Source of the DNA: Paraspadella gotoi
Taxonomy: Eukaryota > Animalia > Chaetognatha
DNA length: 64,000 bases
NCBI GenBank assembly: GCA_051294375.1
Contig: CM119265.1
Coordinates: 14,334,414 to 14,398,413, forward strand
Direction: 5' to 3'
The notes below the pieces were generated by a model. That model was not told where the DNA came from, searched no databases, and was given only the letters and a program-made list of their open reading frames with translations. Below, one piece after another: positions 53,401 through 64,000 of this stretch (its first letter is position 1; every line of letters starts with the position of its first letter). Position numbers and translations under genes: made by a program.

Positions 53401-56400
53401 GAGCGAGAAGGAAAGTTTGTGAAGAAGCTAGATATAAAGTTTTGACGGAATTGTGCCAGTGGAAATGAGTTTAAATGGAAAAAATATTAGTCACATTTAT
53501 TTTATTTTAAGGACATCGATGATGATAAGCTGTATATAAATTTATAATTAATTATTAAATATTAAAATTAATTAATTAATTAATCGATTAATTAATTAAT
53601 TAATTTTCGTAGGCAGATCCGACATTGTTTGCTCAAACTTGTTTTTTTTTCCATCGAAGCTTCTTTTTCTTCTTCCATCATTTGGTTATCATCCCATCAA
53701 TAATTTGGTTATCATCTCATCAATCATTTGGTTATCATCGCATCAATCATTTGATTATCATCGCATCAATCCTTTGGTTATCGTCGCATCAATCTTTTGG
53801 TTATCATCGCATCAATCCTTTGGTTACCATCGCATCAATCCTTTGGTAATCATCGCTTCAATCCTTTGGTTATCATCGCATCAATAATCAATTACTATTA
53901 CATCAATCAATCAATTACTATTACATCAATCAATTATTATTACATCAATAATTTGTTATCGCCATCAATCATACTTTTTTTTTTATTAACTTTTTTTGGC
54001 GAAATCACTATACTTTAAGATTCTTTTTCCCCTTAATACAATGTACATATGTAACTTTTAGATCTTAACTTTGTTAGGACGAAATATTCGAAATCCGCGA
54101 ACTCGCTATTTGCACCATCGGTCGACTTTCGGCTATGAACCCCGCGTACGTGATGCCGTCCCTCAGGAGGACACTGATTCAAATCCTAACCGAACTAGAA
54201 CATTCCGGAGCAGCAAGGTTTGATTTCGTATTTCTTTCTGATATCCGACGAATTATAATCGATTTTATTCGAAAGTTACAAAAGTTGATTCAGTAAAAAT
54301 ATAATTTACAAAAATACTGTCTGAGCAAACAAAAACAGAGATTAAACAGAAAAGGTTGTATAATCTGATTGGTACTAACAGATACAAAGAGCAATCTGCT
54401 CGGATGCTGTGCCACTTGATCACCAACGCTCCTCGCCTTATACGCCCTTACACGGAACCGGTGCTTAGGGTCTTGGTGCCCAAATTAAAGGAGGCTCCAG
54501 AGGCAAGCCATCCGGTTGTTACCCTCGTAGTGCTGACCGCCGTAGGAGAACTCGCTTTCGTGGCGGGAACCGAGATGAGCAAGTGGATGAAAGAACTTTT
54601 GCCACTTATCCTTGATATGTTGTCCGAATCTTCCGGTGAGTGACTCACGGTTTTAAACGACTCTTGTGCTTCCTGATTTTCTAAGATTTTCTTCCTTATA
54701 GCTCCGCAAAAGCGAGAACTAGCTTTGTGGACATTGGGACAACTCGTTGAAAGTGCCGGATATGTGGTGGAACCTTACATCAAATACCCTAACCTTTTGG
54801 AAATACTTCTCAACTTTTTACGAACTGAACAGTCGCCGAGAATGCGAAGGCTGACCCTTCAGGTTATTGGATATTTAGGCGCTCTCGATCCTTATAGGCA
54901 CAAAATGCTGATGGGAGCGATTGAGGTAAGACAAAGGCTATTATTAGATCCATATCGTCACTCTAAAACCTATCTTTCTTCCTCAGAATTGCGACTCGGG
55001 CCCCATTATATCGATGGCGGACATTTCTAAAGGAACTTCGGGAGCCGCCCTTGACACATCGGCCACCGCGGCTGACAATTTGTCTTCGGCGGAGATGCTC
55101 GTTAGCAACAGCGGCTCCATGGAAGATTTTTTTCCGGCGGTGACCATCGCGGTCCTCATGCGAGTAATCCGTGATCCTGCGTTGCAACAGCATCACAACG
55201 CTGTCATACAGGCCATCGTTTTTATATTCAAATCGTTGGGTGTCAAGTGCGTTCCTCACGTTCAGCAGGTTCGTGTTTTAAAAGGAAAAAGGTTTTGAAA
55301 GTTTTGTGAATCAAACGAACATGTTTAGGTTATCCCCGCTGTTCTCGGCATCATCAGAACGGCGGAAAATCGGGAATTCTTATTTCAACAATTAGGTCAA
55401 CTCTCGGCGATCATTAAGCGGCATATTAAAGTAAAGAGAAACTTCTTTTCCTTCTTTCCCTTCTTGTAATTAAAAAAAAAACAAAATAATAAAATAATTT
55501 TTTTTTAATTTCCCAGCCTTATCTTGACGACATCTTCGCTCTCGTCAGGGAGTTTTGGTCGACAGCATCAACGATGCAAAGCACCATCTTAACGTTGATC
55601 GAACAAGTCGCCGTTGCTTTGGGCGGTGATTTTAAGATGTATCTGCCACAATTGATTCCTCACATCCTCAAGGTACTCGCGGTTTAGTTAACTTTTTACT
55701 TTAATTCAAACAATTAAAAAAGAAGAAGAAAAAAACAAACCAAAAACAGGTCTTAGCATTTGACAAATCGAGCGGCCGTAGAGTGACTCGTCAACTTCTG
55801 GAGACCCTCAAAAAGTTTGGGGCGAACCTGGAGGATTACCTCCACATTCTACTCCCTCCAATGGCGAAGCTTTTCGACGCCCCCGACGTTCCAATTCCTG
55901 TCAGGATTGCGGCCTTTGAAACCGTCGATGTTCTCACTGGTAAAAGTAATTAACTTATGGAATAATTTGCGACGATTATGTGACGATAATCCCCATAAAT
56001 AGCGTCGTCGTCGTTTATTTTATCCTAAGTTTGTAATGTATAAATAATATTAAATATTAGGTTTCTTGTATCAAATTTGATTTTTTGAGTATCAAAATTT
56101 GTCATGTGTCCAGATTTTTTCTATGCGATTTCGACAATCGTTATGCTTTTAAGATTTTTTTTTAATTTCAAGTTATCTTTTTTTAGATTATATCGACCTC
56201 ACAGAATTCGCCTCCAAAATTTTGCATCCGTTGGTTAGGGCCTTGGACAAGCATCCCGAGGTCTCAACCTGACACTGACTCTTTTAATAACTATCTCTTT
56301 TAAAAATTAAATCGCGTTTTCAGGTAGTACCAGCAGCCATGGATTGCCTTTGTGCCGTCGTCCACCAATTGGGCAAAAAGTACCAAATATTCATCCCGAT

Positions 56401-59400
56401 GGTCAATCGCGTTGTCCTCAAGCACAAGATTCAGCATCAGAGTTACGAGATTCTTGTTCGTCGAATCTATAAAGAACCCTTCATCCCTGAGGAAGAAGAA
56501 GAGCGGGGTGGCGGTGGAAGCGGCAGCGCGAATGGATCTGGTGGTAGCAACAGCAACGGCACTCGCGGATCCAGCGGCAGTTCTGCCCCTTCCGTCTCAT
56601 CGGACGAGACGTTGACTGCGCCAATCAAAAAGCTACCGGTGGCAGCCGCCGCTTTGGCGCGAACCTGGAAGGAGAACAAGCGCATCTCCAAGGACGACTG
56701 GCTAGAGTGGATGCGGCGTCTCACGATAGAAGTTCTACGATCTTCTCCTTCGCCCGCCTTGCGCGCAACTTGGGCGCTTGCTCAGAACCACCTCCCGTTG
56801 GCCAGGGATCTTTTTAACGCCGCTTTCGTTTCTTGTTGGACCGAGTTGAGCGAAGTGCACCAGGACGAACTCATTCAGAGTCTAGAAGAAGCGTTGACCA
56901 TAGCGGACTTGCCGGAAATCACGCAGGTGAGGGAATACTAACGATATTTGGTTTTTTAACGCATTAAATTTAAAACTAATTATTCTTTTTCAACAGAATT
57001 TGCTTAATCTGGCCGAATTTATGGAACATTGCGACAAAGGGCCTCTTCCTTTGGAAGCCCAAACACTGGGCGAATGCGCCATGCGCGTGCGGGCTCACGC
57101 CAAAGCGCTTCACTACAAAGAAGAGGAATTTCACAAAGCAGGGCCACCCTCGCAGGTTAGAAGAAAGAAAAGAAAAAAATTAATTTTGAATATTATAAAT
57201 TTATATTTGTGATAAATTTAACGACGGATTCCGAATATCATCGCATCAATGAATGACTATCATCGCATCAATGAATGACTTACATCGCATCAATGAATGA
57301 CTATCATCGCATCAATGAATGACTATCATCGCATCAATGAATGATTATCGTCGCATCCATCATTTGGTTATCATCGCATCCATCATTTGGTTATCATCGC
57401 ATCATTATTTGGTTATCATCGTATCAATAATCAATTACTATTGCATCAATCAATCAATTACTATTACATCAATTAATCAATTATATCAATAATTCATTAT
57501 CGCATCAATCATTCATTTTTTTTCGGATTTTTTCATTAATTTTCTTTGATAGTAACGTCTTGCGAGATCACTATATTTTTAAGATTTTTTTTCATATCTC
57601 TTTCCCTCCATAGAAATAAAAGCCTCATTCGATAAGTTAACAAACGTGAAAAATCAAAATTGTTTTTATAAGGTTATTTATTGAGATTTCCCCTTTATTT
57701 AAATCATGTACGTATTTGAACTGTGTTTAAATTGCGTTTAACAGGAAACTATGGCCGCCCTCATATCCATTAATAATAAACTGCAGCAACCGGAGGCCGC
57801 TCGTGGTGTGCTGGACTACGCGATTAAGAATCATCGGTGGGATGAAAAAGCTTGATGAAACAACAAACAAGTTGAACCATTCCCCTTTTTTTTAGAGCCG
57901 ACATCCGTGTGCAGGAAAGTTGGTATGAAAAACTTCAAGATTGGAGCGAAGCTTTGCGAGCCTACGAGAAAAAGCAAGAGACCAACAAGGAAGACATGGA
58001 ATTGACTTTAGGAAGAATGAGATGTCTTGAATCCTTAGGAGAATGGGGGCAGTTGTATGAGGTAATTGCTGAACAATGCGTAAACATTTATAAACATTCA
58101 TAGATATATAGAGTCGACAAAATTGTAATGATTTAGAATCTGGCGGTTTCGTCTGAAAATGCGTCAATTTCATTTCAGCTCACTTAATACTGTAAGATTT
58201 TTTCTTAAATGATACAAATGAATTTAGCTCCGCTTGTAAATTATTTTACGTAAGAAAAACATTAATAATTTTGCAGAATAACTGGTGGTTCATTTCAAAT
58301 GAGATTGACTTCAATCTCATTTACATATTTTAGCAGTTAAAATCATTTCGCATATATTTTGATACGGTTTTTATAAGAATTTTTTTACGATTAGCCTGTA
58401 GTCGGGCCACTTTACTAGATATATCACCAAAAAAATTTAAAAAAAAAAATATTTACAGAGGAGGATTTAGCTTGCCGTCCCATTTTTCTCTTTCTTCCTC
58501 CTCCTCCTGCCCCTCAGTATATTTTGTCTAGCGATTCATTCTCTAGTTTCTACTTTTCGCCAAATATATATCTCTATTTTTTCACGCCTTCAATAGCCCT
58601 CAAGATTTACTGCGAAAAATTTGATTATTTTCAAGTGTTCCGAATTACCCTGCACTCTCTTAAAATCGCATTCAAAATAATATTAAAAGTAACCTAAGAT
58701 GGAGTGTAATTTTTTAATTCCAGTTATTAACTTCGTCAACAGTTAAAAAAATTGTGAACCTCAGCTAATTCTTTAGTACTTTAGATAATTAAAAAAAAAC
58801 ACTTTCTCGTCTTCTACAAAATGCATAGTACCTAAAAGCATAGGAAATGCGGAATATAATGGGCAAATGTCAACAAGCTCAATTAATTTTTTTCAGCAAG
58901 TTTAGACCTGCTAGTAAAAAATGCTAATCGACTTTTTAAATATTTTTACGTTTTTAAATTGTTTGTTTAAATCCCTATTGAAATCAAAGCTGTAGATGCT
59001 AAACTGAACTTAAACAGATTCTTTAAAAAAAATTATTTATACTAGTATGTATTAATATTTTCTTACTTTGTAAAAATTTTTAATCCTTTCACTGAAGAAG
59101 ACTCGAATTTTGAATCTAAATATGTCCATTTATAAAATAAATTTTGCTGTTGCCGAATACAATAATAAAAATGTTGTTACTCTAAAAACGCAACGTCGCA
59201 CAAGTAAAAATAATTAAAAAACCTCAAATCAATTCTTTCATACGGTCCTATATAGTCCTGTGCAAAAACATTATGAAAATAAATCAAATTAAATTCTTTT
59301 AAAATAAAAAATATTATAAGTAAATAATATTTATGGAAAAAAGAACTTAGTATAAATTTGGTTAATCTATAGCTATCCGTTACTCAGCAATGATTTTTTA

Positions 59401-60908
59401 AAAGTAACTACTCAGTTACAAACACTGAGTATTCAAACAGAATGCCAGAGCAAAAGGAAAGTATTTTTAACCTCTTGTGTTTAATATGCTGTAGCTCTGG
59501 AATGATTAGACCGATTTTTTTTAAAGTTACATATGATTTCTTCTTCAAAAGTTTTTATTTCCCATTCACAATTTAAAAAAAAAATATAAATACAGTGCCG
59601 ATAAATTAAGGCTTAAAAGTATATTAAGTTTTTGGCAGATCTTTAAAAATAGCTTTTTGAAGGGAATCAAATAACAAATGTTTTTTAACCATTTATTTTT
59701 CGGTAGCTATAGCACTTGAATGCTTTTACCGATTTTCTTTTAACTTACACATAGATTTCCCATTTCAAAATCAATATTTATCATTTATAAATTTTTATAA
59801 TATGAGCGTAAAACGAGTGCAACTTAATATTTGGAGTGACTTTTTTTTTGCATAGAACAGTATAAGATAATTTTTTTCTGGTTTTGAAAAAATCTTACAG
59901 TATAGCTAATAAGGCGGGCCAAAATTGATCACTTTTTTACTAGTGAAGCACAATATAAAATTGAAGCATTTAAATATTTATCAATGCATAGTCAATAAAA
60001 AAAATTTTAAATGTATTTTTTCAGAACGGATTCAGATAGCCCATAAAAAGTTGTTTACATAAAGTATAATTTGTTTTACAATATTTTGATGATAAGCGAG
60101 TTAAGGAAAAAATCCTTAAAAATCATTATACTGAAAAGACAGTAATTATTGATATATGTTAATGATAGAACGGTTCAATATAAGCAGTCCCTGAGCTTCG
60201 GATCAGGCTGTAACACCATGTTACAGGCGGGTTAAGCGCCCCGTCCCTCTTAACTGCTAGGCGACCACCGGGCTAGAACCCCGGACCTTTGGGTTGGGAG
60301 GCGAATGACTTGCCTCCGGCACCAATGGCCGCTGATGAACAGTAGGTGGATTTTAGTCCACCATAATACCTTAATTTTTATAATTTTTGCTAATATTAAC
60401 CAATAAAATTTAAAAATCTTGTTAAATATTTTTTATTTTTTTCATGCTCTACTAGAATCCGTTTTTAAAAATTCTGAATTGGAAAAAAATTTGTTCATCA
60501 TTTATAGTAATACGATAAACCTTAAATGCTTCTATGTTATTTATATTACAGAACTTGTTCCTTGTTCCGCCTTACTAGCTAATTTATCAATCGACGCTTG
60601 ATTGGGCATTCTAAGATGCAATTGATTATTTCAAAAGGCTGAAATTAAAACTAATCCCCTGAAAATATTTTTTTTCTTAAAATTTTTTCTAAAAAATTAG
60701 TCCGTTAAGTAATTCCAACAATACGTAGTTCCAATATTATTTTACATTTTGTAACAAAGTAGTCATTTTTGTGAAACAGATTGCCAACGAAGCCTGGGAC
60801 AAAGTTGGAAACGTTCATCGCATTCAAATGGCAAAGATGTCAAGCTCTGCCGCCTGGGGTCTACAGCAATGGGACAAAATGGGAAAATTTGTTAACTATC
60901 TTCCTGAG
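38485..60908 (+). CDS. MTOR: mTOR kinase, N-HEAT/M-HEAT to start of FAT domain (continues beyond window)
   Basis: LRELA..PTFYY; RDDRIHG; [24 protein letters not shown]; [11 protein letters not shown]; [11 protein letters not shown]; [18 protein letters not shown]; [12 protein letters not shown]; [13 protein letters not shown]; [17 protein letters not shown]; [11 protein letters not shown]; WYEKL; AAWGLQQWD. More than 20 exons. Confidence 0.97.
39407..40006. mobile_element. MITE with TAAGGCGG terminal inverted repeats and 4-bp TSD (GTAT)
   Basis: gtat|TAAGGCGG...CCGCCTTA|gtat. A second copy at 59910-60574 has CTAA/CTAG flanks. Confidence 0.75.
40327..40500 (-). mobile_element. Second CRE-like LINE 3' fragment
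   Basis: Translates [58 protein letters not shown], homologous to 12291-12530. Confidence 0.7.
41939..41975 (-). ncRNA. Minimal hammerhead motif remnant (C3 lost)
   Basis: aTGATGA-aggcttg-aagcaaa-caagcc-GAAA-catGTC with a palindromic ACATGT stem III, inside a local direct plus inverted duplication (41840-42043). Confidence 0.6.
42153..49808 (-). CDS. ODAD3/CCDC151-like (or CCDC183-like) coiled-coil protein nested antisense in the 41658-50075 mTOR intron
   Basis: More than a dozen exons. Segments [73 protein letters not shown] and [24 protein letters not shown] are collinear with recalled CCDC151 (e.g. FLASLEGRLPEYNTRI, EVVTRASLKIRSQKLIES). Some middle exon junctions are unresolved. Confidence 0.72.
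43483..43712 (-). mobile_element. T1 element copy 5 (older), TSD CAGA
   Basis: CAGA at 43479-43482 and 43713-43716. Confidence 0.85.
44497..44743 (+). mobile_element. T1 element copy 6, TSD CTAA
   Basis: CTAA at 44493-44496 and 44744-44747. Confidence 0.88.
46905..47190 (+). repeat. Minisatellite with core TTATCATCGCATCAAT (22-26-bp units)
   Basis: Tandem units such as cgttatcatcccatcaatcaatcttt. Same family at 53680-53970 and 57236-57510, and inverted at ~8140-8340. Confidence 0.85.
53680..53970 (+). repeat. Minisatellite, 23-bp unit TGGTTATCATCGCATCAATCMTT
   Basis: About 9 tandem units followed by a degenerate tail. Confidence 0.88.
57236..57510 (+). repeat. Minisatellite, 22-23-bp units ATCATCGCATCAATGAATGACT
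   Basis: About 5 units of one variant, then about 4 of the TGGTT variant. Confidence 0.88.
60132..60365 (-). mobile_element. T1 element copy 7, TSD ATAC, nested in the 59910-60574 MITE
   Basis: ATAC at 60128-60131 and 60366-60369. Confidence 0.88.
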
Positions 60909-61055
60909 GTTCGTTAATGATTCGAGCCTTTATTTAAAATTTTTAATCACACTAAACAACAATGATTAATTTTTCTGGGAAAATAGCAGTATTCAATTGC
61001 ACAAATGTAAAACAGTTTACAACGTTTTTAAGCAAATTGAGAAGCAATTTAGAAT

Positions 61056-62238
61056 TTAACATTCAGTAATATTCTCCCTTGCCTCTCCCTCCTCATCATC
61101 CTCCACGAAACTTCTGGGCCTGATAAGACTTGGAAACTGGGGTCCACAGAGGATGCCGACTAAGTTGGCAGTCGGTGTCCCTCTGGAGTACGGATTAACG
61201 ATTTGAACGTTATCATCGTTCTGAGAGTAAAAAATTCTAATGTCTTCACGTGTGGTTAGGTTGAAGAGGACGAGATAAGTGTGGTAACCGTAAAGAGTCA
61301 CCAGCATCCAAGCCGCAAAGGAGCAAATGACTATTACGAAGCAAGTTTGTGGAGTTTTTAGCATCGCATTTGCCATGTTGGATTGATGAGCTTCAAGGGC
61401 TAGCCTCGATATGGCGGAAATCGTGATAAACGTGCATAACCAGAAGAGGAAAAGGATAAAGAAATAAAAATATCGGTAATTTCGTCTGCCAATACAGTTA
61501 CCGACCCAGGGACAGTGATGATCGAAACCATCCACGCAGTTGTCGCATGTGGAACAATGAGAAGCACGCGGTGGTCGAAATATTTTGCACGTGTAACAGT
61601 ATTTGAGCTTAACGGCAACTCCGCGGACCTCGATTACCCGCGTGCGCGGTCGCTGCCCAGACGACTGCGTAATGAGGCTCTCTATCGCCTCGGTTTCGTG
61701 TTTTGTGGCCCGAGGAATAATACCTAAAGCGAAATATTTTTAATAAATTAATAAATATTCTGTAATTTCAACAAGCCGAGTGTTCCTCTTTACCTGGATC
61801 TGAGAGGACAACCCTTGCTAGATAGGCGAGAACAAAGAAGAACAAGAGACCTCCAGTGACCGGAATTGCCGGCGATACATTTACAGCCAAATAGGGACCG
61901 TCATGGGCGAAGAAAAGTACGCTGACACATAATATTATAGAAGTTATGAAAAAGAGCAAGCCTCGGGAGTTAGGCGCCATCAACCGGCCGTCGCAGTAAA
62001 ACTTGTTTCTGCCAGGGTGACGTCTCCACCGCCTCACGACCTGATGAGGGGCTGTCCCCGCCCGGCGTTGGACGCAAGCCACGGTCAATGTTGGAGGCGT
62101 GTTGTCACTTTCCAACTGGGAGTTAGCCGTGGCGGTTGAAGATTCTACTGGCCCTTGCGAAAAGGAGGCTAACGAAGGGATGGATGAAGATAATTCTATC
62201 TCTTCAATTGCCATCACTTCCATTTCTATTTCCTCCAT
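61056..62238 (-). CDS. DHHC palmitoyltransferase, ZDHHC9/14/18 (Erf2/approximated) subfamily, 2 exons, downstream of the last visible mTOR exon
   Basis: [19 protein letters not shown]; SDPG|IIPRA (intron 61724-61793); [48 protein letters not shown]; NLTTREDI; NPYSRG. Confidence 0.95.
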
Positions 62239-64000
62239 TTCCAAAGGTCGCTTTGAAAAAATAAAAACAGAAATACTATATCAGTAAAATAGTTGTCTGA
62301 AACTAGTTCATATACCTATATTCAAAATAAAACTAGAATATTATGGTGGAGAGACTAATTAGTATACATCATAAAAATGTTGTTTAGAAATTGTTTTTTC
62401 GTCGATGGTTATTATTACAATATTTGTAAATTTTGTTTTATTAGTAGAAATTGCTAACTACAATTTTTAAGGCATTTTTATTTTTAAGCAATACTTCAAT
62501 AAAATTTTTTAAATAAGATTAATATATATAATACAGAAGGCTTCATATTATAAAATGAGGTACCAGTTTTTTGTGACCAGATCACGTTCCCACCAAATTA
62601 CCCGATTGAATTTCATGAAATTTTCCAGTGTCCTAATGACGATAATAAGAGAAGAGATGCAGGGCTCTGGGGCTGGAACCCTGAGGGACCAAAAGAAGCT
62701 AAAAAATTTTATTTCATTTTTAAAAATTTTAAAGTAGCATCAGGTGCATCTTAAGCATATATAAAAACTTTTTAGAACTAAAATTGATAAATTTTCTATT
62801 TATTTGTAATATTCCCAAATTTTTCAAAATCTGACTTGAAAGGTTGTTTAGTTTTTGCGGAACAGATTATGGTCACAAAGCCTGTATACAATAATAACTT
62901 TCATTTAAATTTTTGAGAATCTGTTTGGAAAAATAAATTTGTTTAAAAAGTTACAATAAAAATCGATTTAGTAGAATGACAAACAGAATTTATTGAGAGA
63001 ACTGTTGGAAAAAGTGATGAATTTTGATTCACCTTAATTATCATACATAGTTGAAAACTCTTAAAAAGACCATGACGAATTTTTTTTTTCTTTTTTAATT
63101 TAATAAGTTCGTTATTAAGGTTATAGGGTAAGGTTTTAACTTAGTGGTAGTCGTTATGGTTCATTGAACATTAATGAATAGAAAAATAACAAAATTTAAG
63201 ATATAGAATTTCATTCATCCTGATTTTAGTATAAAAAATCAAAATAATATAATGATGATTTTTTTATTAAAATTCATATTTTAAGTAGAAAAATATTAAT
63301 AAAATTGGATAAAATAAAGTTTAATAAGATTATATAGAATTAAAATTTCACTTAAATAATTTATCTATATTTATAAATGTTTAATTATAAGTAAAATGAT
63401 ATTTTTTCAATTTTAAGATCGGATTTAAATTAAAAAAGTATAAGCTATTTGTGAAATTTTGTCATTAAGTTAGTCAAAATTGTAAAAAAAATATTTTTTA
63501 TCTAAATTTGAAAATTATTTTGATAAACAGTTTTTAATATTTTTGACAAACTTAATTACAAAATTTTGGAAAAGTGAAATCCTGTCTTAAAAAAGACAAA
63601 GATATTATTTAAAAATATCGTCCTCACCATTAAATTCTTTGGACTTTTTACAGAAAAATAAGGTTGAATAAAGTTTTATATCTTATATTTTGGTATATTT
63701 AAACGCCCTAATAAACATGAGTAACAAGTTATAGTTTGGGTACGGGAAAAGCAAAAGGTTATAGATTGGTTACGGTTAGGAAAAACAATTTAAACCGTTG
63801 CACAAAATACAATCAAAATAATCGAGCACGAAATTGTGATGGGCAAAAATAAAGAAATATTGTTTAAATTTTGTTAAATTGTGTTTTTGACTTTCGTGCA
63901 AGATTAAGATTAGTTGGCTGAAAAAAAGTGAAAAGTATCTCGAAAGATAACCACTGTTTTAGTTAAACCGAAAAATCACGAAGCAAAATAAAAACTGGAT

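Noticed and set aside
52722-53887. Hydrophobic or repetitive ORFs in an mTOR intron
   Set aside because: They are translations of CT microsatellite and minisatellite DNA.
53680-53970. CRISPR-like regular repeats (also 46905-47190 and 57236-57510)
   Set aside because: Units are head-to-tail with no unique spacers, there are no cas genes, and the context is a eukaryotic intron: a minisatellite.

Overview
AT-rich, intron-rich invertebrate animal DNA, not prokaryotic; most ORF-track entries are exon fragments or antisense noise. Ten spliced genes lie on the + strand: IAP/BIRC (3' part), USH1G/SANS-like, MCM8, NDUFS1, NUDT6, ferritin (with a canonical iron-responsive element), an orphan 7TM protein, PIGS, a SLIMP-type SerRS2 paralog and mTOR (runs off the end). 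Two genes are nested antisense in mTOR introns: an ODAD3/CCDC151-like multi-exon gene and a ZDHHC9/14/18-like palmitoyltransferase. From MCM8 to mTOR, stop-to-start gaps are mostly 115-400 nt and free of recognisable repeats, while introns are full of them; this suggests a polycistronic, possibly SL-trans-spliced, operon. Introns and the 2-9.7 kb spacer contain a ~234-bp tRNA-bearing element with fixed ends and exact 4-bp target-site duplications, palindromic Penelope-type hammerhead ribozyme elements, Helentron-type non-autonomous elements, MITEs, CRE-like LINE remnants and a dispersed minisatellite. Gene identities come from manual translation and recalled family motifs; no searches were run, and some exon boundaries are approximate.
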